Positions 39,622 to 51,790 of a DNA stretch of 64,000 bases are shown piece by piece. The stretch's first letter is position 1, and each line of letters begins with the position of its first letter. This DNA comes from Lingula anatina (Eukaryota; Animalia; Brachiopoda). The position numbers and the translations under genes are program-made. The stretch is taken from contig CM120648.1 in NCBI GenBank assembly GCA_051362555.1, positions 10,722,587-10,786,586 of the forward strand. Direction: 5' to 3'. The notes below the pieces were generated by a model. That model was given only the letters and a program-made list of their open reading frames with translations, did no database searches and had not been told where the DNA came from.

Positions 39622-39781
39622 TGTCATGTACCAGCCCCCCATGACAGAGAGTCCGCTTCCCTTTCATTTGTTCAGGTGAACCTCGCCCTAGATTTTGACC
39701 CACTTAGGTCAGGCTAACCCTAACCATTATAACTATGTGGAGGGCGGACTTTCTCTCACACGGACCCTCAGTTTCGTGACA
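39622..39781. mobile_element. 160-bp non-autonomous element with TGT...ACA ends and CCGG target duplication (Ginger-like); partial copies at 39057-39128 and 56360-56456
   Basis: CCGG-TGTCATG...CGTGACA-CCGG with imperfect subterminal TGASAGARAGTCCGC inverted repeats. The right half recurs at 39057-39128, also ending ACA-CCGG. The left half recurs inverted near 56360. Confidence 0.55.
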
Positions 39782-39893
39782 CCGGTCCTGAATAACCTTA
39801 TGACCGATAGTGAGCAAATACGTACCTCCATAAACGAAAGCTACCGATAGGGGATTTTTCATAGTCATAAGCAGCCATTTTGTTTTTTCACGA

Positions 39894-40902
39894 ATGCATC
39901 AGCCACCTCGTCGTCCAGGAGACCTACCTAATCTCGACGAAAACCCCGTGGTATACGAAAGAGCACGTCACCCGGCTTTTGCCACCATTCACGCCAGACT
40001 ATCGACCTATGAATCGTGGCCTCCCGAAAAAGACCAAACGCCGGCATCGCTCGCAGAGGCAGGATTTTTCTACGCCGGCTTTAATGATAATGTGAAATGT
40101 TTTTTCTGCAACGGTGGGCTGAAGAATTGGGAAGTTGGAGATGAACCTTGGAGAGAACACGCCAGATGGTTTCCTAAGTGTGGATTTTTAAAACAATGTA
40201 AAGGACTAGAGTTTATACGGAGCGTTGTGAGGTATGGACGGGTAAGTGTATTACATGTGCCAGAGGAGTAACTTACACTGCTGTATAGGAACGCAGAATT
40301 TACTGCATATTTGTACAGGTAGATCTACTCTGCTGCATAGCAACGCAGAAGTTACTGCATGCAGGTTATAATGTTAATCGTGTGCTAAATTATGAAGTGG
40401 TCAGGTGGAAGTTTTCAAGTATTTTTAAACGCAGTTTTGCGTTTTGCATCGAAGACGTATTATCTTGATACACGCATATAATATATGAAACTGCGCAGTG
40501 CCCCCTTTAAGGGGAAGTTTCCAACAGCTATATATACTGTATTTAAAACAGTGAGTGACGTACCGGGTACATGTAAAATAAGCCATAGGGGGCCTACACT
40601 GTAACAGTCAGCAGTCTTGGGGAACACCGCTATAAGAGATAAGATACTGATGTTTAACGCAACCAACGTCCTTGGCAAGGATTCTCAGTGTTCTTTTGGT
40701 TATTACCCATGTATTTCAGTGATAAAGAGCAATCCCAGCTGAGCAGCACTGCAGCTTACTTTTGAATACTTTTGATTCACTTGAGTTGTCAGATGCCACT
40801 CTCTTATGTAAGGGATTTCTATTTTTTCCCCTTAATCACCACGCCCAGTTTTCTACATTTTATTAAGAGCGTATTCAAACTGGTGCGGATTAGATAAATT
40901 TT

Positions 40903-40951
<49 letters not shown>

Positions 40952-41277
40952 CAGATTAGAATATACGTATATTTCTATTTCATTTCAGGGGTCACCGCCT
41001 GGTATCCCGGGAGGCGGACAAGGGGGTGCACCATCTTCTCAAAGTACGTGTACAATGGCATTTCTGTGGATAACACTGGGTGAAATCTACGATAGAAACT
41101 TAATATGGCGTTTCCATAATGCATATGCATACGCATAAGTGGCTAAGCAGATGGTGTAGCGTTTATGTCTTTGTTTAATTTGATCTTGTGTGTGGAAGAA
41201 GAGCAGTATTGTAGTAGCGTATCGACCAGGTCTTTGTTAGGAAAATGAACGGCAGGTGGACTTGCATTCGCTTTGCC

Positions 41278-41308
<31 letters not shown>

Positions 41309-42390
41309 AAAAAAAATAGGAAAAAAAGAAAATGAAATGAAAACGTCTGAACAAATGCTATTCTTCCAAAGCTCTTAATGCAGTAACGAAAACATCTGGA
41401 GGCGGTCGTTAAAATGGGTCATCTTACCTAGGTGACAAAGGACCCAGTTTTCTCTTATAAGGGCCACTTCAACACAGTCATTTACCTCAAGAATTTTTAT
41501 TTCCATTTTTTAACTGCCAGTGATGCTAAATACTGTATGAAAGCCTTATACCTTTTATTCGCCTATAATATTCACATTTCCAAACAGAAAAAAAAGGCAA
41601 ATAGATCGAATATTTTCCTTGAAAACCGTAATCAGGCATGTTCATTGAGCGTTGACACATATTTTTATTCATTTTCATTCTGGCCCACGAACACTGAGTG
41701 CTGAATTAAGAAAACCCTATGCTCGTGCTGCCTTAGATGTGGGTTTTGAGGAATCCCTGGTGAAGCAGGCCATTCAACGAAGATGGGATACACTTGGTAC
41801 TTGTTTTTTTCTTCCTTTTTATCATAAGAAAAAAGAAAGCAGCTGTTTGTATGTGTACTCCAAATATATAGGCCCCTATAATGTGTTCAATAAGGCCTAT
41901 GTAAAACTTACTGGCCAGTTAATTTTTCTAGTAGACTTTCTATTCGACTATCTTTATTTTCATTTTTACAAGTAGAAATTGATGCAATTATTCACAACAT
42001 ATAAATCTCAAAACACTCATTTCAGGTGATGACTTCCCAAATGCACCAGCTCTTTTAGACGCTGTATTTGAACTACAGTCATCTGATAGCAAACCACGTG
42101 ACACTGAATCCCCTGTCGAAGGCGCGTCTGCGCTCACAACACCCGAAAAGAAAGAAAAATTGAAAGACGAAGGGAAGACGAAGACAGAGGACCCTTATGA
42201 AGATATTAGAAAGGAAAACCAACGTCTCAAAGAACTAAAACTGTGTAAAATTTGTAAAGCGGCCGATGCTGATGTCTTAATTTTACCTTGTGCGCACATT
42301 GTGTCTTGTGACAATTGTAAGCGACACCTATCTTTTTGTCCCGTCTGTGGCGGAAGAATAACAGCACTCGTGAAAACGTACCCTGCTTAA
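39894..42390 (+). CDS. Inhibitor of apoptosis protein (single BIR + UBA-like + C-terminal RING; BIRC7/BIRC2-3-like), about 293 aa
   Basis: Exon 39894-40241 holds the BIR (ARLSTYESWP..LAEAGFFY..VKCFFCNGGLKNWE..DEPWREHARWFPKC). Exon 40989-41043 is a linker. Exons 41683-41796 and 42026-42390 give a UBA-like region (AALDVGFEESLVKQAIQRR..GDDFPNAPALLDAVF) and the RING CKIC..LPCAH..CDNC..CPVC. An extra upstream exon (acceptor at 39864) cannot be excluded. The exon-3 acceptor is non-canonical. Confidence 0.88.
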
Positions 42391-43892
42391 GGTGCATTTC
42401 CTTTCGGTAGACATTTACGGGAACCTTTGTTATTCAGATCCTCGTATTATTGGAAGCATCAATGCATGGTATATATGTTGTGCTTATAGTCGCGTTACAC
42501 ATTATATATACAGGGTATACCCAGTACATGTATCAACAGGATCTATCTCCGTATCTGTTCATGGTTAAATATAAGTTACTTATATTGTACCCGGAAAATA
42601 AAAATATTCCCACCGTGCATATACCACGTGTTTGACAGACAGTTCTTTAAACCAAATGTGTAAAAGGATCCAGTGTAGGCCTACAGTGTACTGTAGATGA
42701 GGAGGTGGACAAAATGAGCCCCTACTGTCTCCTCCAAGGGTGAAAAAGAAACAGGCACACAAAAGTCCGCTAAAGAAAAGTTCAGGGGTTGACATTTTCT
42801 GACAGTCTTCCTAATTATCTTTGTTGATCCATCCTCCATTTTTGACCATTTTCGAACAGAAAGTAAACTTGAAAAATTCTGATCGTCTCCCAGAAGACCA
42901 AGAAGACGGCCTCCATCCTGACCTGCATTTTGTTCTCAATACTACAAAACGTCCCAAAATTGCATTTTTTTTTAAACATAAATATTGGTAGGGAAAGGGA
43001 GGAGAAAAAGGTGACGATTTAAAACAGGGTTCGACAATTCTTGATACCCTCTATCCCACACCGGATAGGTAAGGGGATTAGCCTTTCAGAAAAATAATGT
43101 GCATCAGGCTGGGGTCCCCTTATCTCACTGCTTCCTGAGCTTATGCCTGACATTATTGATAAAAAAGCGGTGAGTGAGTCACCTTCTTGCTTCCAGTCGG
43201 ACTCTTTCGATAGTTCGACAGTGAAGTCCAGTACGTGAGAGCAGTGTAAACTAAGCTTTAATAGTGCACCCTGTATATGAGCTATGTGAAGGCCCCGTGG
43301 GAGTTGTTCTAGATTTTGTATACCTGTACAAAACGTATTCCCAGTATCTACATGTATAATTTATTTAGCAACAGCTTTCTGTAATAAGCTCTGGTACATT
43401 TGTGCGTTTTTTACTTTTTGTTGTTTATATTGGCACACCTACACGGAAATAAACTGCCACTACTACTGCTACTACTAGATATGTAAATATGGAATGACGT
43501 AGCTGAGTAATGTGTTCACAACAACGACATCGCCTATGCACGACACAACTATAACACTGTCACACTTTGTACTGTCTCGTATACTGGGTATCTAAACACA
43601 GACGAAAACAACATTAAAATAAATAATTATTTATTTATTTTCGTCTATTTTAAAGCATTCACAAAACATCTGTTGGCAAAATGACATTTACGTAGCACTA
43701 GTCCAAATGAGTTTTTTTTCAATAAAGTTCTGAGATCTGAAGTACGTATGTGTGTTATGATTATGTTATTATATAAGAAAATGTCTCAACTTACAGTGAC
43801 TCACCACGCGTTTGAAAAAAAAAAACACATTATCTTTCAGCCTTGTGAAGTAGCCATGACAGCTCGCAACGTCTGGCCCCGGTTTCACAAAA

Positions 43893-43923
<31 letters not shown>

Positions 43924-44242
43924 ATTATCCTGGATAAGAACTTAATTATCAAGGTTACATGGTCAATATGGCACATCTAACCCTATCAGGATTAGTGTAA
44001 CATCACTCTCATGCAAAATAACTGACTTAATTATTTATTTATTCATTTAATTGTTTATCTATTTATTTTGAAACTGGGTAGTATTATACACGACGCGGGA
44101 TCGCGCCTATATTTTGTGTTATGAAGTGAAAACAATGTTTTGCCCCGGTGAAGGTCAGGGAAGATAAATGACCTTCTAAACAACTGGCCAGACGTCATTT
44201 AGATCTAAATAATTAAACTCAAATGAAATAAGACATGAATAA

Positions 44243-44425
44243 GGCTTCATTCACATGCAATGTCTATTTTCTAAATTCTATTTTCTAAATTCTATTTACT
44301 ATAAGTAACTGGCTCGCGCTGCCAGTAATTACGCGGCGGGATATTCAGGGCACAGACCGTGATCATAAGATAGCGCGAATAGAAAATAGATTTTTAGAAA
44401 ATAGACATTCCATGTGAACGAAGCC
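44243..44425. mobile_element. Harbinger-like MITE
   Basis: TIRs GGCTTCATTCACATGCAATGTCTATTTTCTAAA and TTTAGAAAATAGACATTCCATGTGAACGAAGCC, flanked by TAA/TTA. Confidence 0.65.
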
Positions 44426-46514
44426 TTAAAGTACAAGGGCAGGTTAAAAAAATGTCCGTGAGTAGGTGAGAAATGACTTTTAACCCAGAAAAATCCATTT
44501 TGGTGGTTTAATTCCGTGGATAGTCACTCTAAATAACTGGGCATACTGATTAATAGAATGCAGAATATACGAGGCCATTCCCCGCTAGGTACGCTTGTAG
44601 AAGGGCAAAATCATTATAAATAAACAAGATTCATTAGCTTTGTAGAATTACTTTACAGGCTTTCGATATTCCTGTCAAATGTCCTCAGATCAGTTATTCA
44701 ATAACCGATCCATACGGTTCCCAAGTTGACCAATCGACTGATTGATCAATAACCGAATAAACCGTTGTTTGTATCTGATTTCACGTCAACCGATTTTATG
44801 GGTACGGTCAATAACCGATTTGTTTTTAGAGTGCAATATAATAAATAAAAAAAGGAGAGTTCGCTTCTTATATTATGCACTACTGATGCGTTTCAGCGCA
44901 ATTTAGGGACACCTGGTCTTTTTTTGGCCCTGATACATTCTGTGTGTTGACGCTTTTGCCTCCATGGGGAGGTTATAGCCCAGAATGCCGTGTGAAGTGC
45001 TGAAAGCTAGCAAACGAAAAAATCTTTCTCTGACAGACCAGGAAGTTTATCCGTGCTCCTGCCCTTATGTGCTGGGTGCAAGCACAGCAGGTATCGCTTA
45101 TGATAATAAAAATGATAATCTTATAAGCCGTAGCACATTTTTTCAAAACTTTATGGTCAAAAAACATACGTAATGAAATAGGTAAAATTTAGTGGATATA
45201 CTTAAACATAAATTATAATATACAGGCAGTAAAACAAGTGTTGATTTTACAAACATGAAAGCTGAGCTATTACATATATCCCTCATACTGCGTTTTTATG
45301 GTTTACCTGTCCACAGGCGAATCAAACCCTTGTTTGCGAGCTTCAGAGGCGGGCACTCTAACCAGTGGTCCATCAGATATAGGTTAATGTCGATGATAAC
45401 ATCTTCTCGAACTTATCCATATTTAGGAAGTGGGGGCCTCTTTTAGGTTGTTACTCTAATTCCCGGAGGTTGGACCCCCCCCCCCCCCCCCCCCCTCAGG
45501 CCTAGGCTTGTATGGAGGGTTTAGCCACTGCTTCCCTTAATTACAGGACTTGCATGATGATCAGCGCACGAAAGAAATTAACGCTAAATCAAATTTATAC
45601 ACCTTTTACCAACATTCGTATTCCCTGCAGTCACACGATGGCTAAATTATTGTTAAAATGATAATAAATGTAAAATAAAAAACCTATACATATTCAATCA
45701 GGGTCCGGGGCCACTTTCTAAAAAAAAATAATAATAAAAAAAGACGTGCGAAACAGTGCATTTCGCACGCGTATTTGTGTATGTGTGAGAAATAAAATAG
45801 AAATAATTTTAATATCATACGTCATCATTTCAAATAACTTCGACACAAACAAGCTGAATGTAATTGTCACTGTCCCACAGACTCAACTGACAAGATATAT
45901 CACGCCCTTCAGGCACTGTCTACATTTGTAGACGGTGAATGACATTCAATGGAGCTCATACCATCTTTTTGTCTGTGAGCGCACATTTTTTAGTCTTTAT
46001 GAACTTGAACAGAATTGGGGGAAGGATTAAAGAAGATCCGTGTTGTGATCAACCTCGGCTCATCGCGACTGCTATCCGATATCGGATTTTGTTTTGCGAC
46101 GAGTAAGTAAGCTGAAAAGTGTTCGTTCTCCGTTCCCAAATTTTTTGTCACACTTCACGTTTAGCACTGACGTATGAAAAAAAGTCCAATACGCAGACAA
46201 AAGGGACTCGTTAGTCTTCGTCTAGAGTAACCAGACAAACGTTGTTGTACGTTCACAAACTCGAAAGGGGAACATGTTGAAAAAAATCATACAAATGTAC
46301 GCTGCTGAGATGTTAAAACATGACAAGTTAAAACCTGTACCCCAAAACAAGGCCAGGAATGACAAAGTACAATACAAAATAGAGATTGGCAGATATATTT
46401 TACTCATGGTTAAAGGAGGATTCTTTTCAAGGTGTTATTGAATAATACACAGTAAAAACTTAACTTGTAAAACTCTTTCAGATATTTCCGACAGTAATCT
46501 AGAATTTCATAAAG

Positions 46515-47483
46515 ATGCAGTCATTGCAGAAGGTCTTTATGGTTTCCATGGTGATTTGTTTAATGATCACAGCATCTACTTTCATCTCCATCTACGAGAT
46601 ACACGTTACAAAAAATGTTCGGCTCAGAAAATATGAATTTGTGCCTGCCATATTCAGGTATAACGGAACAAATTTCACTCTGGGTATGAACGACAAAAAC
46701 ACTAAACAGATATCAATCGGTATTGGTTGTGCTATCAGCACTAAAAGTCTTAAACCATGGGCGGTTTTGTCCACACTTCCAGTTTTTACAACGCTAATGC
46801 CAAGTTTCTGTGAAACAGCTTCTCCGGGTTACTCCTATCATTTCTATTTTAGCTACGATTACACGGATATTTTCTTCAAAGACCAAAATTCGAGAGTCAA
46901 TTTCACTTGCAAATTTTTGGACATGGTCAAACAGCATTGCTCTTCGTCTATACTAGTATATTTGCGTTTTGTTCGCTGCCCATTCGAGGGTTCACCAGCG
47001 CGAGCTCAGAATTACGCAATGATGGCGGCGTACAATGACTCAATGGACTACCTTTACAGAATTAATGACGACACATTAATGGTGACAAAGTCATGGACTG
47101 AAACATTTATCAATGAGCTATCGAAGTTCAATCCACCAAATGTTGGCGTTGTAGGACCAAATAACCGAGGAGGAAACACACAAATTTTGACGTACGAATT
47201 CGTTCACAGGACCCATATCGATATATTTGGGTTTCATTACCCTGCTGTTTTCCAGGGTTGGTTTGCGGACAAGTGGATAACACAGGTTTATAAACCAAAT
47301 AGATCTAAGAAAATTGCTAACATAAGGCTAAAACATACCATGGCAGCGGGCATCAGATATAATGTGAGAGCAGATCTGGAAAAAAAACTCGAAGGCCAGG
47401 TGTACCATGACAGAAATACATTGAAGTTATGGTTAAGGAAAAACAAAAAATGCGACTACATTTATTACGAGACTGATTCATGA
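46515..47483 (+). CDS. Intronless type II membrane GT-A-fold glycosyltransferase-like protein, 322 aa
   Basis: Long ORF preceded by an acceptor (ctttcag at 46482), with a likely non-coding exon ending at a donor near 46102. It has an N-terminal hydrophobic anchor, a YFSYDYTD strand, a DxD-like YLYRINDD motif, and GVVGP..ILTYEFVHRTH..FG..YP..W..D.WI. Confidence 0.8.
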   Translation: MQSLQKVFMVSMVICLMITASTFISIYEIHVTKNVRLRKYEFVPAIFRYNGTNFTLGMNDKNTKQISIGIGCAISTKSLKPWAVLSTLPVFTTLMPSFCETASPGYSYHFYFSYDYTDIFFKDQNSRVNFTCKFLDMVKQHCSSSILVYLRFVRCPFEGSPARAQNYAMMAAYNDSMDYLYRINDDTLMVTKSWTETFINELSKFNPPNVGVVGPNNRGGNTQILTYEFVHRTHIDIFGFHYPAVFQGWFADKWITQVYKPNRSKKIANIRLKHTMAAGIRYNVRADLEKKLEGQVYHDRNTLKLWLRKNKKCDYIYYETDS

Positions 47484-48041
47484 AAAACATACCAGGAGCA
47501 CTGACTCAGCGTATACCAGTAGCATATGAAGTAGCTATGCAGTACTACATTTATATATCCATTTATTATGCAATTGATTATTTACATGTATGGGACGGTG
47601 ATGCTTGATGCTCATTTATAAAACGATTCTTTTAGATGTTTATGTTGATGACTGTACCCTATTCGGGGAAGTATATATAAAAAAATCTTAATCAGATGGC
47701 AGAACAAAACGATAGGATTAATACTTCATTTATTCCTATAGTTTAACAAATGAGAACTACACAAGCGTATTTCTGAAATATTAAACTGCCTAATTCTTCA
47801 ATATTCTTTTCTACTTTGATCATTTTATGAACAGTCAAAATTTCGTTTTGCTCCCCACCTCTGTTTTTCATGTCATGATTTATTTTATACTGTCCATAAT
47901 ATGCTATTAATAAATTTACACGGGTTATGCAGACCTCATGAATTTTTTCATAAATTGTATCAGCATTTTATGACAAATTCCAATCTATCCATCTATGTTT
48001 TGAAATGAATGGTTGAACATACCGTAAGTTAAATCCCCTTA

Positions 48042-48355
48042 TACCCCCTTTACACTGGACGGCGTTCTTTCTGCGTCCTTTCTGCGACCATGAAATTTGG
48101 CATCGCTGTGGTCGTAATAAAGCCCCCTTTACACTGGACGGCGTCCCTTCTGCGTCCAGCAGTTCGGCCCCATTTGAGAGTTAAAGAATTATAATACTTT
48201 ACGTGCCGACAACTGGCCGATCATTGAGCATTCATTCTGATACCAAATCAATGCTCGTGCCTCCTTATTAAGACCACAGCGATGCCAAATTTCATGGTCG
48301 CAGAAAGGACGCCGTCCATTGTAAAGGGGGTATAAGGAGGCACGAGCATTGATTT
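48042..48355. mobile_element. Nested Harbinger-type MITEs: an intact copy (48121-48332, inverted) inserted in a truncated copy of the same family
   Basis: Exact TAA duplication at 48118-48120 and 48333-48335 interrupts the host sequence GTGGTCGTAA-TAA-GGAGGCACGAGC. The host begins TTA-TACCCCCTTTACACTGGAC. Confidence 0.85.
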
Positions 48356-50656
48356 AAACAGATTGTCTTCTATCTAAAAGAAAGTCTGAAATCCAGTCAC
48401 AAATAAAAACAGGTATTCTCTAAGTGCCCAATCGTACTATATATATATTGACGCAATGCCAAAGACTGAGAGGTTTCTCAATATATTTTGAATTACCCAC
48501 TCAAAAATCATAACACAGGTATAATGATGTTTTTTTTTCTATAAATGTAAAAATGCCAGTGACTTGTAGACCCATGAGACCGGATGAATCACTTGTATAT
48601 CCTTTTTTTTTCAGGAACATTGTGTATCTTCACATGACACGTTAATAGATAAATCACGATATACTGAATACAGCTGTATTTTATGTACTGATACATGCCG
48701 TGCCATGGGGTATGAGTTGGTGATGAATGGGTTGACAAACATCTACAGTTGAACTCAGAAAAAACGCCCCAGATTGTTATCTGTTTGTTACCTTTTGTAA
48801 CCAAAAAGGAACTATCTAGCTAACAGCGATACTTATAGGCATGGGCGTCCGCAGAAACTTTTCTTGGGGGTGGGGGGTCAAAGTCAATGAAGGGGAGATA
48901 ATGATTGGCTGGGTACCCGCAATAAAAATACTGTTCCAAAATTACAGGTGGGGTCAAGTGACCCCATTGACCCCGCCCGTACATGCAGGGTATTGGAGCT
49001 GACACGTGTGTGGTCACAGTCTGTTTGACAGGGAATAACACCCCATGCTGCAATGCATCACCAAACTATTGCCTGTTGATAACGCAGTGAGCAAACATGC
49101 ATTGTGTTTATGAACACAATCCATTTATAAAACTGGGCAGGTTCTAAAAAGTAACCAGTTGTTTAAAATGTTCCTTTTGGTTATGTCTCATTCTTTCTGA
49201 GCTCAACTGTGATACAGACGAGGAGCCATGATAAAACTTCCGTATTAGTATGGTTTTATTTAATTTTAATTGTTTACTGTTTGTTTTAATCGGTGAAATG
49301 ATAGCAGCAGGTTGTCCTTAGGGTACGTATACATGGACAATTTGACTCAAAAGTCAAATGTCTCGCCAATGTGCTTCTTGGAATCAAAATATTGAATAGT
49401 CACTTACGATCTTTCTACTTTCGTAATACTAACTACGTGTAGGCTACTTGTCGCCGTAGGCATTTTTTTATTTGTCAGAAAACACGCTTTGCTATATAAA
49501 GTTCCGGTGACAACCTAAGTTGTGATAGAGACGACTTCAAAACATCTCTTCTTGCTGGTATAAGCATTATTCCAAATAGTAACAAATTGTAAACAGAAAC
49601 ACATGAATACGTTTCTAACACACAATAAGCTTAAAATAATGCTGTGGTCAATATAAAGGGTCTTATATTTGAAGATTAATGCTTCTCAAAGGGCATTGGC
49701 GGCATTTAGGAAGGAAACATCATGATTGTCTATAATGTAGTATTTCTTTAAGTCAGGTTTCCAGTCCATATTCGAAATCCCCACAGTTCCAGGGAATATG
49801 AAACCATTCATGTAAAGTTCAGAAGCGCTGCGCATCAAACAAAAAACAAGAACAATTCCAAAACAAAATGCAGCTAAACTTTTATTAAAGCATGGTCGGT
49901 CTCTCTTTCGTATAACAGCCTCTTTCTGAGCACCATATAAACGAATGTAAAAACATTTACACTGCAATGTGTCTCATCTACTGCAATGCACTACCTAACA
50001 GTATATATCTCTTATTTAACACTAACTAAACAGCAGGTGCTTTAGTATTACGGTAATCTCTTCCACTTTAACCGTAATATGGACCAAGATCGTCGACGAT
50101 CTCTGCGCGCGTTCAGGCCTTGGTAGATCCCTTTCACGGCGTACTTGTACTGGTATCCATTGACAAGTATGATCAGGACGTTGGCTTCATACTCGGTATC
50201 TATATTGTCCGCATACATGGTGCCTTTGGCTTGGACTTGAAGTCAAATAAAGCAAAGGGCATAATAAAATAATTATTGAGCAAAATATTAGTAGAAACTC
50301 AACAAACACTGTAAACAGAACGAGCACTACCAGCAGTCTTGTACAGCAGTTTCTTCTCTTTTGACATATGTCAGTTTCAGCTCAGCAGAAGGCTATCTGG
50401 TCTAAGTTAGCACAATTTTGTCCATAGAGGCGAGTTATTGGCAGAAATACAACTCTTCAAAATATGTCGCATGACTATATGATCTGTACGAGTAGCAGAC
50501 CCCCTCATGTCAAAGAAATCTGTTCCCGTGCAACGCATTCGAGAAAATAATCCTCTAGCAAATTTGAACATCTTGTTATCCCCAGTAGTCATAAGAAAAA
50601 TACCATGCACTGGGCGGGGCACATAATTGGCCACTCTCACATACGCTCCTCCGTAA

Positions 50657-50875
50657 AACCCCACTTTCACTGGACGGCGTTCTTTCTGCGTCCTTTGTGC
50701 GCCCATGAAACTGGCATGACTGTGGTCGTAGAGAGTAGGTACAAGCACCGCTTCGGTTGCAGAATAAAATGATCAATGATCAGTCAGTTGTCGGCACGTG
50801 GAGTATTATTTGTTTACTCTAAAACGGACCGTACTACGGGACGCAGAGAAGACGCCGCCCAGTGTAAAATGGACT
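50657..50875 (+). mobile_element. Older diverged member of the Harbinger-type MITE family, in a toxin-gene intron
   Basis: Alignable to 24902-25113 (CACTGGACGGCGTTCTTTCTGCG..CCATGAAA..CAGTTGTCGGCACGT..GACGCCGCCCAGTGTAAA), with TAA on both sides. Confidence 0.7.
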
Positions 50876-51524
50876 TAAGCAAATTACCATGCGTTGGGCG
50901 GGGCACACAATTGGCCACTCCCACGAACGCTCCTCCGTAACCTCGGTAGATCTGCTGTAAGTGCTGCTTTGACTCACGGTCCACGAGGTGGTGGTTTCGG
51001 TGGTGGCAACCGTCGGAACCCCAGCGTGGACTGTGCACCCGAAGGCCATCTCAAACCCAGTGGTCTCACTCCACTCCTTTCTTGTGGTGATCTTCAAATG
51101 GTGAAAGGAAATGGTGATAAAATGTAAAACTGATTTAGAGTGTTTAACGAGTATTCTCAATGAAAGAAGCAGCAGTAGAATAATTATAATATAGAGCTAC
51201 GAACTATATCTACCCAATTGTTTTTTAGTTCAGTTTCATTCATCTTTTATCAATACACAACCTCATTCAGTTTCCTCCTTGGCTTCAGCCATAATATTTT
51301 TTGAAAATATGAAAATTTTAATTGCTAAAACAACCCCTTAGAATAAACCGAGTTTTAAAGAAGCCTTGCATAATAATATAATATTAAATATGTATTCAGT
51401 GCAATGAATTTTGTTTCATGTGCATGTAGTACATACATTTGATGGTGTGGTGCTAAAATCATCATGTATGTATTTTAATCATACGTCCATGTTTGGTTGT
51501 TTGATCTGTAAAATGTACATACCC

Positions 51525-51790
51525 GCACCACTACCACCAGCAACACAAACGCAAACAAAAACACCATCATCACAACCAACAACAACAACAATACTAACAC
51601 AAACACAAATGACAACACCAATACCAAGAAGACCTCACAACACCAATAACAACAACACCACCAAGAATAGCAACACAAACAACACAAACACCACTAACAC
51701 CAACACTAACAACACCAACACCAACACCACCAACAGCAACAATAGCAACACCAACACCATCACCAGCAACACAAACAACACCAACACGCA
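51525..51790. repeat. (AAC/ACC)-rich low-complexity tract in a toxin-gene intron
   Basis: Degenerate trinucleotide repeats between exons 51091 and 51811. Confidence 0.75.

Noticed and set aside
44525-44833. CACTCTAAA...TTTAGAGTG bounded segment with AATAACCGA repeats (also a weak inverted pair at 43878-44078)
   Set aside because: Short TIR and no matching TSD. Possibly decayed elements, but not supportable.
50087-50102. Perfect 16-bp palindrome AGATCGTCGACGATCT, considered as a transposon footprint causing a frameshift
   Set aside because: The paralogous exon near 56000 ends in the same frame (SWS..R.K.RL*), so no frameshifting insertion is needed. Probably chance.
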